Assembly: GCA_963823665.1 (NCBI GenBank)
Contig: CAWGMQ010000003.1
Coordinates: forward strand, 992,001 to 1,056,000
From: an uncultured Planctomycetota bacterium
GTDB taxonomy: Bacteria > Planctomycetota > Planctomycetia > Isosphaerales > Isosphaeraceae
DNA: 64,000 nucleotides
Direction of reading: 5' to 3'
The notes beneath the pieces were generated by a model that was given only the letters and a program-made list of their open reading frames with translations, was not told where the DNA came from and made no database searches. Of the stretch, positions 1 through 10,523 are shown piece after piece. The stretch's first letter is position 1. The number at the start of each line of letters is the position of its first letter. A program made the position numbers and the translations under genes.

Positions 1-681
1 CGAGTCGAGCTGCGAAAGCCGCTCGACCAAGCTTGCGGCAGCGAGAATGACGCTCGGCTCGTCGCGCGGGCGCATGACCTCGTGGACGGCGGCCCCCGCC
101 CGGCGAATGACGACCTTCCACGTCGCCGAGCCGCGCCCTGCCACCGGAAGCACATCGCAGAGCGGCTCAGGCAAGAGCACGGCGTCACCATGCAGCCCTT
201 CGCGGATGAGCTGATTGAGCTGACGGCCGTCGCCCCAGGGGGCCTCATGCAAGTCGTGAGCGGTCAGCAGCAGGGCGCCGGCCTCAAGGCAACAGGCGTC
301 GCGCACCGCACGCAGGGCCTCCACGGCCGCGGCGATTCCGCCCTTCATGTCGGAGGCACCGCTGCCGGTCAGCAGGCTTCCTTCGATCCGCGGCGGCGTG
401 AACGGCAGATGCACCGTGTCCAGGTGGCCGTTGAATTGCAGCGTCGGACCCGCCTTTGCACCCTCGAGGCGAACGGCGACGGCCGGAGCTGCCGGGTAAC
501 CGCCGGAGGGCCGCTCGACCTTGAACCCATCGCGTTCGAGAATCTGCGCCAGCCGGTCGGCCGCCGCCTTGGCGCTACCCGTCGGGCTCGGCACCTCGAT
601 GAGCGCCTCCGCCGTCTTGAGGAGACGCCCCCGGTCAACGTGCGACTTCACCCGCTCGAGCATCGCTGGATCCGCATTCAT
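1..681 (-). CDS. M20 family metallo-hydrolase (ArgE/DapE-like), 3' end runs off the window
   Basis: Not in the ORF track. Manual translation from ATG 681 gives MNADPAMLERV...TLQFNGHLDTV...GSGASDMKGG...HDLHE, the M20 metal-binding motifs. Confidence 0.85.
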   Translation of the reverse strand, partial: MNADPAMLERVKSHVDRGRLLKTAEALIEVPSPTGSAKAAADRLAQILERDGFKVERPSGGYPAAPAVAVRLEGAKAGPTLQFNGHLDTVHLPFTPPRIEGSLLTGSGASDMKGGIAAAVEALRAVRDACCLEAGALLLTAHDLHEAPWGDGRQLNQLIREGLHGDAVLLPEPLCDVLPVAGRGSATWKVVIRRAGAAVHEVMRPRDEPSVILAAASLVERLSQLDS

Positions 682-763
682 GAGCGCCAAGTATATCCTC
701 GATGGGACGATGTCTCCAGAAGGCGCAACGTCATTGGAGCAGTTGTCATCTCTCCTCTGTTCC

Positions 764-1906
764 TTACTTGCCGCGTCCCAGAACTTTCTGCGCCTCGACG
801 GCGACCAACGCGCCCAGCATGCCTTGACCATAACGGGATGGGTGAACACCATCGAATGCGAGGTGGGTGGCTCCTCTGCCGGCCCGGAAACCCGGCCCGA
901 GCCGCGCCGTATCAATCACATCAACCCGGGAATCGCCAGCATCTCTCCGCGCTTTGACCGCCGCTTCGATTTCTTCCCGATGAACGCCCAGCGGCGGGAC
1001 AACACAGAAGAACCGGGCCCGAGGGCAACTGCGCCTCGCCTGAGCCAGCCACGCTGTGTAGTCCGCGGTGATATTCTTCTCGTAGTCGTTCGTGCCGAGA
1101 CTGCAGAAGACATAGTCGGGCTCGGGCAGCAGCAGGCCGCCGGTGAGGCGGGAAGTCGCCATGTCATGATGGTCCCAGATTTGCGGCAGGGGCGGCAGAT
1201 TCAGTTGCCGCGTCAGGGCCAGACCGCCGGACCCGAGCTGGCCGTACTCGCAATCGAGGGCCGCGCAGACAATCGGGAACCAGGTCTCGCGCGCGTTGTT
1301 CACCTCCAGCTTTTGCCACGAAGTGAAGAGTCCATCGACTCCCACGCCTTCCGTGATCGAATCTCCAAACGCGATCGCAAGCCTGGGTCGCCGCAGATGC
1401 GGCAGCAGCGACGCGCCGTTTTCCAGTGCAATTCCCGCCACGCGCAGGTGGGTGATCGATGACTCCCAGCGCTTCTGCGTCAGGTCAGATGCCCGGAAAA
1501 AGACCTCGATCCGATGTGAGGCCTTCGCATCGAGCCCATTGGCCACCGGAACGACGTACGACGCCTCATCGCTCGAGAGCGGCACGACCTTGAACGGGCC
1601 GTCATCGACCGAAAACTCGATCACCGGCATGGACGCCGCGGGACAGCCGCGATTGATTGAGCCGTCGACGACGAGTCCGACTGAGGTACTTCCTCGGAAC
1701 GCCGCTTTCAGGTACGCTCCGGGCATGGCGGCCTCGGCGTGCGCCCTCGTGCCTTCGCCGGACCGCTTCCAGACGTACGGGGCCAGCAGGATCTGATCGT
1801 GATCGACGCGGAAGGTGACGCTTGCCGTGTCTTTCGGCTGAGTGTCGTCGGCGCGGGCGGCCCGGTGGAACGCCGACGCGGCCAGGATGATGATCAAGCT
1901 GCTCAT
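764..1906 (-). CDS. Secreted SGNH/GDSL hydrolase
   Basis: Signal peptide; FGDSITEG, LGTND and DGVHP blocks. Confidence 0.85.
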   Translation of the reverse strand: MSSLIIILAASAFHRAARADDTQPKDTASVTFRVDHDQILLAPYVWKRSGEGTRAHAEAAMPGAYLKAAFRGSTSVGLVVDGSINRGCPAASMPVIEFSVDDGPFKVVPLSSDEASYVVPVANGLDAKASHRIEVFFRASDLTQKRWESSITHLRVAGIALENGASLLPHLRRPRLAIAFGDSITEGVGVDGLFTSWQKLEVNNARETWFPIVCAALDCEYGQLGSGGLALTRQLNLPPLPQIWDHHDMATSRLTGGLLLPEPDYVFCSLGTNDYEKNITADYTAWLAQARRSCPRARFFCVVPPLGVHREEIEAAVKARRDAGDSRVDVIDTARLGPGFRAGRGATHLAFDGVHPSRYGQGMLGALVAVEAQKVLGRGK

Positions 1907-1958
1907 GCCCGTGCCCGTGGTGGTTTTGGAAAAGAATGGTCACTCGACGAGGTGAAGC

Positions 1959-3173
1959 ATGACACCGGTAGATCCCGCTCGAATTCCCCCCGGCTCGCGG
2001 CGGCAGATGGAGATTTACCGGGCGGGCCTGGACGGGTGTCTTCCCAGCCAGCAGATCTCGCTCGAAGATCTCGATCGCCAGGCTGAGTCCGTGCTCGAAA
2101 AGCCCGCTTACGATTATGTGGCCGGCGGTGCCGGTGCGGAAGAGACCGTCCGCGCCAATCGCGAAGCATTCCGGCGCTGGCGGATCGTGCCGCGGTTCTT
2201 GCGCGATGTCGGGCGCCGCGAGCTGGGAGTGGACGTTCTGGGCGCACGGTTTCCCGTGCCGGTGATGATCGCGCCCGTCGGTGTCCTGTCGATTCTGCAC
2301 AAAGACGCCGACCTGGCGGTGGCTCGCGCTGCGAAGGCGCACGGCGTGCCGGTCATCCTGAGCACTGCGTCATCGAAGACGATGGAGGAAGTCGCCGCCG
2401 AGCTCGGCGACTCTCCGCGGTGGTTCCAGCTTTACTGGCCCAGCGACGCGGAGCTGGCGGCCAGCTTCGTGGCCCGCGCCGAAGCGGCCGGATATCAGGC
2501 CATCGTCGTGACGGTCGACACGGCCATGCTCGGCTGGCGCGAGCGCGACTTGCGGAATGCCTATCTTCCCTTCGTGCTGGGCGAAGGGCTTGCGAACTAT
2601 TTCAGCGATCCGGTGTTTCAAAAGCGGGTCGGCGGCGACCCGCGATCGAACCCCGCCCGTTCGATCGAGTACTTCCTCGGGATTTTCTCCGATACGCGGC
2701 ACACCTGGGACGACTTCAGCCGCTTGTGCAAATCAACGCGTCTGCCGGTCCTGCTCAAGGGCTTGCTCGACCCGGACGACGCGCGGAAGGCCGTCGAGCA
2801 CGGCGCGGCGGGCGTGATCGTCTCCAACCACGGCGGACGCCAGCTCGACGGCGCGATCGCCGCGCTGGATGCCCTGCCCCGCGTCGTGGAAGCCATCGGC
2901 GCACAATCCACCGTGCTCTTCGATAGCGGAATTCGCCGCGGCACTGACGTCTTCAAGGCGCTGGCACTCGGGGCCCGCTGCGTCCTGCTGGGGCGGCCTT
3001 TTTGCTACGGCCTGGCGATCGGCGGCGAGAAGGGCGTATATGAAGTGCTTTCAAATCTGATCGCAGACATCGATCTGACGCTGGCACTCTCGGGTTGCGT
3101 CTCCTTCGCGGAGGTGACGCGAGAGAGGCTGCTGGAGATCCCCTGCCCCGCGCCAATGGCCGAAGCGAGATGA
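1959..3173 (+). CDS. FMN-dependent alpha-hydroxy acid oxidase / lactate 2-monooxygenase-like
   Basis: YDYVAGGAG, WFQLYW, SNHGGRQLD and FDSGIRRG motifs. Confidence 0.93.
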   Translation: MTPVDPARIPPGSRRQMEIYRAGLDGCLPSQQISLEDLDRQAESVLEKPAYDYVAGGAGAEETVRANREAFRRWRIVPRFLRDVGRRELGVDVLGARFPVPVMIAPVGVLSILHKDADLAVARAAKAHGVPVILSTASSKTMEEVAAELGDSPRWFQLYWPSDAELAASFVARAEAAGYQAIVVTVDTAMLGWRERDLRNAYLPFVLGEGLANYFSDPVFQKRVGGDPRSNPARSIEYFLGIFSDTRHTWDDFSRLCKSTRLPVLLKGLLDPDDARKAVEHGAAGVIVSNHGGRQLDGAIAALDALPRVVEAIGAQSTVLFDSGIRRGTDVFKALALGARCVLLGRPFCYGLAIGGEKGVYEVLSNLIADIDLTLALSGCVSFAEVTRERLLEIPCPAPMAEAR

Positions 3174-3407
3174 GCACGGGTCCGTGTGCCCAAGCTGTTC
3201 AGGCGGCGGCGGTACGCACGACCAGCCTCATGCCCGCCTCGAAGATCTCGCCGTGGGCTCCGATTCAAGCGCCCACCCGGTTGACACGCTACCCGGTCGC
3301 CCCGGCCCGCAGTTCGGGCCTATCGAGTCCCGTCGCCTGCCCGAGCCCCGCAACACTTGCGCTCACCTTTGTGTACCAATCGTGGGAACAGCTCCCGCAG
3401 ACCCCCC

Positions 3408-3528
3408 AAAACGTCGTCATCGTCGTCATCTCCTTGCAGCAAAAGCAGTTACGAATGACGACGTTTTAGAGTGCGAAAACCGCATCGAAGCATCTCTTGA
3501 GCCCGTCATCACTTGCGAATGACGACGT
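3408..3528. repeat. Intergenic palindromic / short-repeat element
   Basis: AAAACGTCGTCAT (3408-3420) is the exact reverse complement of ATGACGACGTTTT (3455-3467). CGTCGTCAT is tandem at 3412-3429 and CGAATGACGACGT is repeated at 3452 and 3516. Confidence 0.6.
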
Positions 3529-4145
3529 GGTATCGCTTGATGCGATGGTCGCGATCAAGCCATTCGGCGCCCCCGAATCAAATCGCATCGCCGCCGCCGA
3601 CGGTTCTGCTCCTACTCCCACTCCCACGCGAGGCATAACTCGCCTTCACCGTTCCAAAAAAATATAGTGAACAATTCTGTGGCGGATCCGTGGCGCATGG
3701 GCGGTCCACTGCCACGGTCTCATGGGCGAACCGGAAAGCCCGTCTGCGAATTCCGATGCTCCTATGCAATTTCGATTTGCGAAAAAACGACTCCACGTTC
3801 AGATACCCGCTACCCGCCTCAAAACGTGGCGGAAAATGGCGCATCCTGGAGGGATCTCCAGCATCCGTACATTAGTGTAAATCGTTGGGTCTCGAAGCGG
3901 CCGATGGCCGCCGCCCGCCATCGCCTGTTGAACACCGCTCAATGAAGTTCGACTCATGGTCTCCCTCGAAGTAGGTCAGACTTTCCGCCTGACGCATTGA
4001 CCCTACTCCGCGCCGACCCGCCGGCGCACGATGGTCCCTACCCCATATGATCGACAAAACCCGGTTTCCATTTGCCAAAAAGATGAAGTATTCGTCCATT
4101 CTCAGTATTCCGCCCCGGAGCAGCGGGACATTGCTCTCGCCCTTG

Positions 4146-4318
4146 TGACTCGATCGGTCGTTCTGGCGGAGAAGACTGGAATTCATGCGGTTGTGGTCGA
4201 CGCATTCGACGCGGAGGCCAAGTCGTTCTACGAGCGATTCGGGTTCTTGCCGTTGACCGACGATGTGACGCGTCTATTCCTGCCCCTGAGGACGCTGTTG
4301 TCGGCCGCAAAGGCGTGA
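4146..4318 (+). pseudogene. 3' remnant of a GNAT toxin gene (paralog of 10516-11022)
   Basis: TRSVVLAEKTGIHAVVVDAFDAEAKSFYERFGFLPLTDD aligns with the C-terminus of the intact GNAT; nucleotide similarity starts abruptly at ~4146. Confidence 0.85.
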
Positions 4319-4394
4319 GATGCGCGGGGGCCATCGACGTGGGCGACCCCGTTGATTCCGCTGCGCTATGGCGCGGGGTATAATCGCGTGAATT

Positions 4395-7300
4395 ATGAGC
4401 CGGATTTCCGCCTTCATCAGCTACAGCCACGATTCGCCCGAGCACAGCGCTCGAGTGCTGGCTTTCGCGCAGGCGCTGCGAGCGCACGGTGTCGACGTCG
4501 AGCTCGACCAGTTCCACGGCGAAGAGATCGTCGATTGGCCGCGCTGGTGCAATGAACAGACGAGCCGCGAAGTCAACGACTTCGTGCTCTGCGTCTGTAC
4601 CGCGGAATATCGTCGCCGCATCGACGGACACGTCGCGCCGGAAGCAGGGAAGGGAGTCCACTGGGAGGGAAGTCTCCTCGACGACGAAGTGTACGACGCC
4701 AAGGGAAACGGACGGATCGTTCCGATCCTGTTTGATACTGATCCGGAAAGCGGGATCCCGCGGTTTCTGAGCGGCTGGACGCGCTGCCGCTTGAAGGAGT
4801 TTGCGCTCGACGATGCGGGATTCGAGCAATTGCTGCGAATTCTCACGGGACAGGCGAAGGTGATGAAGCAAGCGCTTGGGCCAATCCCGATCTTGCCCTC
4901 GCAAACCGTCGGAGCACCGGGACGCACGCGAGTCGCAGAACAGGGGAACGAGAGGGCGCAGCGCGAGGCGCACCGAGTCGCCCCGTCCAGGCTCACGCAC
5001 GTCGCTGATCGGTTATTCGGACGGGAGGCCGAATTCGCAAGACTCGATGCAGCTTGGAAACCCGGATCGGGAATTCGCGTCATTACGATCGTGGCGTGGG
5101 GAGGTACGGGAAAAACGTCGCTCGTGGCGAAGTGGGCCGCAAAGTTGGCGGCGCGCGATTACGATGGAGCCGACTACTTCGACTGGTCGTTCTACAGCGA
5201 GGGAACGCGCGATCAGTCGGGCGCGTCGGCCGACCAATTCATCCAGGCCGCGCTGGAGTTCTACGGGGATAGCCCAATGGCGCATAGCCCCGCCTCGGCC
5301 TGGGACAAGGGAGCGCGGCTGGCGCAATTAGTCGCGCAAAGAAGGACGCTCCTGATCCTCGACGGGCTGGAACCGCTCCAGCATCCCCCTGGCCCTCAAG
5401 CCGGCGAACTCAAGGACCCGGCAGTCACTGCCCTCTTGCGGGGGCTGGCGGGAAACAACCCGGGCCTGTGCGTTGTCACCACACGCGAGTGCGTGGCGGA
5501 CCTGGCCCAATTCCGCGACTTCACGGCGCCGGAGTGGAGGCTCGAGCGTCTCTCGAACGTCGCGGGCGCTGCCTTCCTCAAGAACCTCGGCGTCAAGGGG
5601 CCCGACGACGAAATCAGCAGGCTCGTGACTGACGTGCGAGGACACGCCCTGACACTCCAGTTACTCGGCCGATTCCTCGCCGACGCCCACGGCGGCGACA
5701 TCCGTCGTCACAAGGAAATCAAGTTCGAGGAGGCTGACCGGGAGCATCAGGGCCGCTCGGCGTTCAAGGTGATGGTCGCTTACGAGCACTGGCTGCAATC
5801 GGCCGGGCTCGACCGGCAACGAGAGCTCGCGGTCTTACGGCTCACCGGCCTCTTCGACCGGCCGATGCCACGCGATTGCCTGCAAGCCTTGCGCCGAGCC
5901 GGCGATTCCTGGCCTCACTGACTCGCTAGTGAAACTGAAAGACACGCAGTGGAACATCGCCCTGAAGCGGCTTGGCGAAGTGGACCTCCTGACGGTGACG
6001 CCAGACGCCATCGACGCCCATCCGCTGATCCGCGAGTACTTCGCGAAGCAGCTTCGCGAGATGCAGCTCGCAGCGTTCCAGGCCGCGCACTCGCGGCTGT
6101 TCGATCACTTATGCGAGACGACGGAGTATCGGCCCGATACACTCGAAGGCCTGCAGCCGCTCTACCAGGCTGTCGTCCACGGCTGCCTCGCCGGGCGACA
6201 GCAGGAGGCGTGCGACAAGGTTTACGACGACCGCATCCTGCGCGGCGCGGGGAGCGACGGCTATTTCAGCATTAAGAAACTCGGGGCAATCGGGGCCGAT
6301 CTCGCGGCGGTAACGGCGTTCTTCGACGAGCCGTGGAGCCGCGTCTCCCCGAATATCACCGAAGCCGCCCAGGCTTGGCTGCTGAACGAGGCCGCGAATC
6401 GCCTCCGTGTCCTCGGCCGGTTGACCGAAGCGCTGCAACCGATGCGTGCCAGCGTCGCGATGGTCGTTCAACAGAAGGACTGGAAGAACGCGGCGACAAC
6501 TGCCGGCGGCCTCAGCGAACTGGAGGTGACGCTGGGGCAATTGACGGACGCGGTGGCCGATGCCCGCCGATCGATCACCCACGCCGACCAGAGTGGCGAT
6601 GCCTTCCAGCGAACAATCAATGGCACCAAGGCGGCAGACGCCTTGCACCAGTCCGGCCAGCGGGCCGAAGCCGGTTCGCTCTTTGCCGAAGCCGAACGGC
6701 TGCAAGAGGAAAGGCAGCCTCAGTTTGACATGCTCTACTCGGTGTCTGGATTCAGGTACTGCGCCTGGCTCCTAGCCCCCGCGGAGCGCGCCGCCTGGCG
6801 GGCCCTCCTCCGTGCCACTGACTCCCAGTCTGCGGTGGACAAGCATGGCGAAGATGGCCCAGCTACGATTTGCGATGAAGTCGAACGACGTGCGACCACG
6901 ACGCTGAAGTGGGGGATCGACGCTGGGCTGTCCCTCCTCACCATCGCCCTCGATCACCTTACGCTAGCGCGCGCCGGGCTGCTACAGGCGATTCTGTCAC
7001 ACCCCGTGCGGCAGCCGTCGCTCGACCTGCCACACGTCGCCGCCGCCGTCGACGGCCTGCGTGCCTCTGGACAGTTGGATGACCTTCCCAAAGGCCTGCT
7101 CACCGCCGCGCTGTATCACTTCGTCCGCGGCGATGCCGCATCGGCCCGCACGGCCCTCGACCAGGCCCAGGAGATTGCCGAGCGCGGCCCGATGCCGCTC
7201 TACCTCGCCGACATCCACCTCCACCGCGCCCGCCTCTTCCGCGACCAGGCCGAACTCGCCAAAGCCCGCGACCTCATCCAAAAGCACGGCTACGGCCGAC

Positions 7301-7398
7301 GCAACGATGAGCTGGACGATGCCGAAGCAGCCGCCACGGAGTGGCCTGCATCAGCAATCTTGCACGTCGCGCGCTCCTCGAAATCGTCGGCACGGTGA
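4395..7398 (+). CDS. SEFIR-STAND NTPase-TPR protein, copy 1 (frameshift ~5893, about 1000 aa joined)
   Basis: AFISYSHDS...GKGVHWE (SEFIR/TIR-like), Walker A AWGGTGKTS, Walker B LLILDGLE, helical repeats. ORFs 4395-5921 and 5929-7398 join if 2 nt are restored, as shown by the paralog. Confidence 0.85.
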
Positions 7399-7536
7399 CG
7401 CCGACGACCACGATCTCCGTTGGGGCCCGCGACCGCGCCGGAAGCGAGATCGACGAATTCCACGGGAAAAGCGCAATCGGCCGCATCCCGGGCGGCGCGG
7501 CGCGGCGCGGTTTCCATCCCGTCCCGGCTTCCTTTC

Positions 7537-9933
7537 CTAGTTGCGTCCTGGTTTCGGACCCGCGTTGACCAGGTCGGCGTTCAGATGAATCGGTTCGCCC
7601 GGCTCAAGCGAGAAATCCGCCGTCTTCGTTCCGTACCGCACCTTGCAGGTGGCTGCGCTCTTGCTGCGGATTTCCGCCGACTGGAGTTTTCCGTTCTTCC
7701 ATTGCATGTCCACCTCAAATCCACCGCGTGCCCGCAGACCGTTGACAGAGCCGTCGGTCCAACTGGGAGGCAGCGCGGGCAGCAAGCTGATCTCGCCGGC
7801 ATGGCTCTGAAGCAGCGCCTCGGCCACGGCCGCCGTGAAGCCGAAGTTGGCGTCGGACTGATTGGAACCCCGATTGTGCAGGTTGGGGGCAAGGGAATTG
7901 CGCACGAAACTTTGCATGCCCGCGCCGACTCTGTCGCCGCGCTCCAGGCGCGCCCACACGCAGATGTCCCAGGCGGCAGGCCAGCCGCCGCCCCGGCGGC
8001 GAGTTTCCATCCATTTAGCGATCGCGGCGGCCAAGGGCGGATCGCGGCGGAGCGTGATGGAACTGCCCGGATAGAAAGCGAAGTTGGGCGACATGTTGTG
8101 CCCTCCCGGCCCTGGCTTCCAGTCCTCAATCCACTCTTGAAGATGGCCCGAGCTGTTGATCTGGTATGGAGGAATCCTGGTCAGAGCAGCTTTCAGCTTG
8201 GCGCGGAACTCCTCGTCGACGCCAAGCAGGTTGCCAGCCTGAATGCAATGCAGGAACAGCTCCCTGATGATGGCCACATCCATCGTCGGCGAGGGGGAAA
8301 GAAAGGCCACCTTTCCGCTCGAGTCGTAGTATCCATGTTCGGGTGACATGGAGAAAGGCGTCACCAGCCAGTGATGCTTCGGCTCTTCCACCATCACATC
8401 CAGCAAGAACTGGGCGGCACCCTTCATTACCGGGTAATACTCCCTGAGGAAGTTCTTATCGCCCGTAAAGGCGTAGTGCTCCCACAGGTGATGGCAAAGC
8501 CAGGCTCCTCCCACAGGCCACATTCCATATCTTGCGGCATCGACCGGCGCCGTCCCCCTCCAGAGATCGAGATTGTGGTGCGTCACCCAGCCGCTAGCGC
8601 CGTAGTAGGTCTTCGCCGTTGTGGCGCCGGCGACTGAGATTTCCCGGAGCAGCTCGAACAGCGGCTGGTGGCATTCGGATAGATTGCAGACTTCAGCCGG
8701 CCAGTAGTTCATCTGGGTATTGATGTTGATGGTCCACTTGCTGCCCCAAGGCGGGGAGACCGATTCGTTCCAGATTCCCTGGAGGTTGGCCGGTTGTCCG
8801 CCGGCACGGCTGCTCGAGGCCAGGAGGTATCGGCCGAATTGGAAACAGAGGGCCTCCAGATTGGGATCAGTGGCGCCCTCTCGAACCCTGAGTCGCTCGT
8901 CGGTCGGTTTCTCGTTCTTAGAGCCGTCTCCGACACGGAGATGCACGCGGCCCATGAGTGCGCGGAAGTCGGTCTCGTGCCGGCGGCGGAGCGCGCTGTA
9001 CTCCATGCCGGCGGCGCCCGAGAGAACTTTTTCGCAGGCCGCCGCGGGATCGCCGCCGATGTCGTGGTAGTTCACGAAGCTGGTTGCCGCGGTCAGGATA
9101 AACGTCACCGCGTTAGCGCCTTTGATGCTCACGCTGGCATCTTTGGCTTGCGATTCTCCGCCGTCATTAAGCACCATCAGCACAGCTTGGAAGCGCATCC
9201 CGTCGCCCTCGACCGGCGCGATCAGCCAGTAGTTTCCCGGAATCGGGCCCTTCCAGCATCCGTCCATGACCAGCTTGCCGGGTTTCGCGTTCACCCCGCG
9301 CAGGTAAGGGCTCTTCAACGCCGCTTCCACCGAAACCCGCCCAGGTTTGTCGGCGGCAACGTGGACTACCAGCACGCGATCCGGGTAAGAGATGAAGGTT
9401 TCACGAGTGAAGACGGCATCGCCCGCGCGGTAAGAGACCGTTGCCACGCCGGTCTCCATGTTCAGCTCACGGCGGTAGTCGGCGGCCTGCTCGACACCGT
9501 TGAAGGAGAGCAGCAGATCGCCCAAGGGCTGATAGGCCTGCTGAGCGGCGGGAACACCCCAGAAGTGCTCGTCGGCCATCTTCTCGGCCTCCTGGAACTT
9601 TCCCGCGAAGACCAGGTCGCGGATCTGCGGGAAATACTTGATCGCTTCGGGGTCGTTATAGTCGTGAGGTCGGCCCGACCAGAACGTGCACTCATTCAGC
9701 GCGATCCGCTCGCGCTCGACGCCGCCGGAGACCATCGCCCCCAGGATGCCGTTGCCGAGCGGCATCGCTTCCGGCCATCTTCCGGCCGGTTGGCGGTACC
9801 ACAGCACCATGGTTTGCTGCGGGCTGCTCGTGTTTTGCCTGGCGGGATCCGCCGCCGCGGCGGGAACGGCCGCGAGCGACAAAAGCAGGGTAGACACGAG
9901 CGCAGCGATCACGGCCATCGGTCCGCTTCTCAT
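7537..9933 (-). CDS. Glycoside hydrolase family 95 (alpha-L-fucosidase-like), secreted
   Basis: Signal peptide; AMPLGNG, FQFGRYLL, PANLQGIWN, ININTQMNYW, DANFG and LLQSH motifs. Confidence 0.92.
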   Translation of the reverse strand: MRSGPMAVIAALVSTLLLSLAAVPAAAADPARQNTSSPQQTMVLWYRQPAGRWPEAMPLGNGILGAMVSGGVERERIALNECTFWSGRPHDYNDPEAIKYFPQIRDLVFAGKFQEAEKMADEHFWGVPAAQQAYQPLGDLLLSFNGVEQAADYRRELNMETGVATVSYRAGDAVFTRETFISYPDRVLVVHVAADKPGRVSVEAALKSPYLRGVNAKPGKLVMDGCWKGPIPGNYWLIAPVEGDGMRFQAVLMVLNDGGESQAKDASVSIKGANAVTFILTAATSFVNYHDIGGDPAAACEKVLSGAAGMEYSALRRRHETDFRALMGRVHLRVGDGSKNEKPTDERLRVREGATDPNLEALCFQFGRYLLASSSRAGGQPANLQGIWNESVSPPWGSKWTININTQMNYWPAEVCNLSECHQPLFELLREISVAGATTAKTYYGASGWVTHHNLDLWRGTAPVDAARYGMWPVGGAWLCHHLWEHYAFTGDKNFLREYYPVMKGAAQFLLDVMVEEPKHHWLVTPFSMSPEHGYYDSSGKVAFLSPSPTMDVAIIRELFLHCIQAGNLLGVDEEFRAKLKAALTRIPPYQINSSGHLQEWIEDWKPGPGGHNMSPNFAFYPGSSITLRRDPPLAAAIAKWMETRRRGGGWPAAWDICVWARLERGDRVGAGMQSFVRNSLAPNLHNRGSNQSDANFGFTAAVAEALLQSHAGEISLLPALPPSWTDGSVNGLRARGGFEVDMQWKNGKLQSAEIRSKSAATCKVRYGTKTADFSLEPGEPIHLNADLVNAGPKPGRN

Positions 9934-10165
9934 ACAACGCCCCCTTCATTAGTCAGCCTGGCGTTCGAATGCGTGTCCTGGCCCTGCTCAGGGACGAGCT
10001 GGCTTCAACGATAAATTACATTTGCTTCGGTGCTAAAAGAAGAAGGGAGTCTCGAACAGATTCTTGGGCGCAAGCTCCGGGTATGCACCAGGCGTCGGAA
10101 GTCGGCGGCGACACTGGCAGTCTATGCTGTACCCGACGACTTCAGCCGGAGGAGGTGACCCGCTT

Positions 10166-10209
10166 TGGGAAATTCCCACTTGACTGTTTTTCCCACGACG
10201 ATGTATCTT
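10166..10209 (+). promoter_or_regulatory. Putative TA promoter with palindromic operator
   Basis: TGGGAA-A-TTCCCA (10166-10178), TTGACT (10180-10185), extra TTCCCA half-site (10190-10195), TATCTT (10204-10209). Confidence 0.55.
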
Positions 10210-10244
10210 CGAGTCGATGATGCAGGGTGGAGGAGGGGCGAAAA

Positions 10245-10523
10245 ATGGCTCTGGAAACAAGATCGACCGATGCGAAGGGACGGGTCAGCCTGCCCAAAGC
10301 GTTCGCGAATGCGACGGTGATCATCGAGCACGTGAGCGAAAACGAGCTGCGCATCCGGAAAGCACGCGTGATTCCGGAAGATGAAATTCGTTTCTCGGAA
10401 GAAGTACCGATCGTCCTATCGGATCCGGAGCGTGAGCGGTTCTTGCGAGCGCTCGACCAACCGCCGAAGCCGAACGCCGCACTCAGACGATTAATGGCAG
10501 CAAAGGTTTCGAAGCGTGGCTGA
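10245..10523 (+). CDS. Antitoxin with AbrB/MazE-like N-terminus and DUF1778-like C-terminus
   Basis: RBS AGGAGG; RSTDAKGRVSLPK at the N-terminus and IVLSDPERERFLRALDQPPKPNAALRRL at the C-terminus; overlaps the GNAT start. Confidence 0.8.
   Translation: MALETRSTDAKGRVSLPKAFANATVIIEHVSENELRIRKARVIPEDEIRFSEEVPIVLSDPERERFLRALDQPPKPNAALRRLMAAKVSKRG

Larger units (their letters stand above)
4146..7497 (+). repeat. Copy 1 of a ~3.3 kb diverged direct duplication (copy 2 ~10850-14465)
   Basis: Collinear similarity from the GNAT 3' end through the SEFIR-NTPase gene into part of the downstream ORF. Copy 1 lacks the stretch matching ~14075-14338. Confidence 0.9.

Noticed and set aside
82..1462. Long plus-strand ORFs 82-957 and 521-1462, and similar ones such as 8794-10014, 16513-18063, 41957-43135 and 49549-51264
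   Set aside because: Shadow or alternate frames over well-supported genes in high-GC DNA, with no family motifs.
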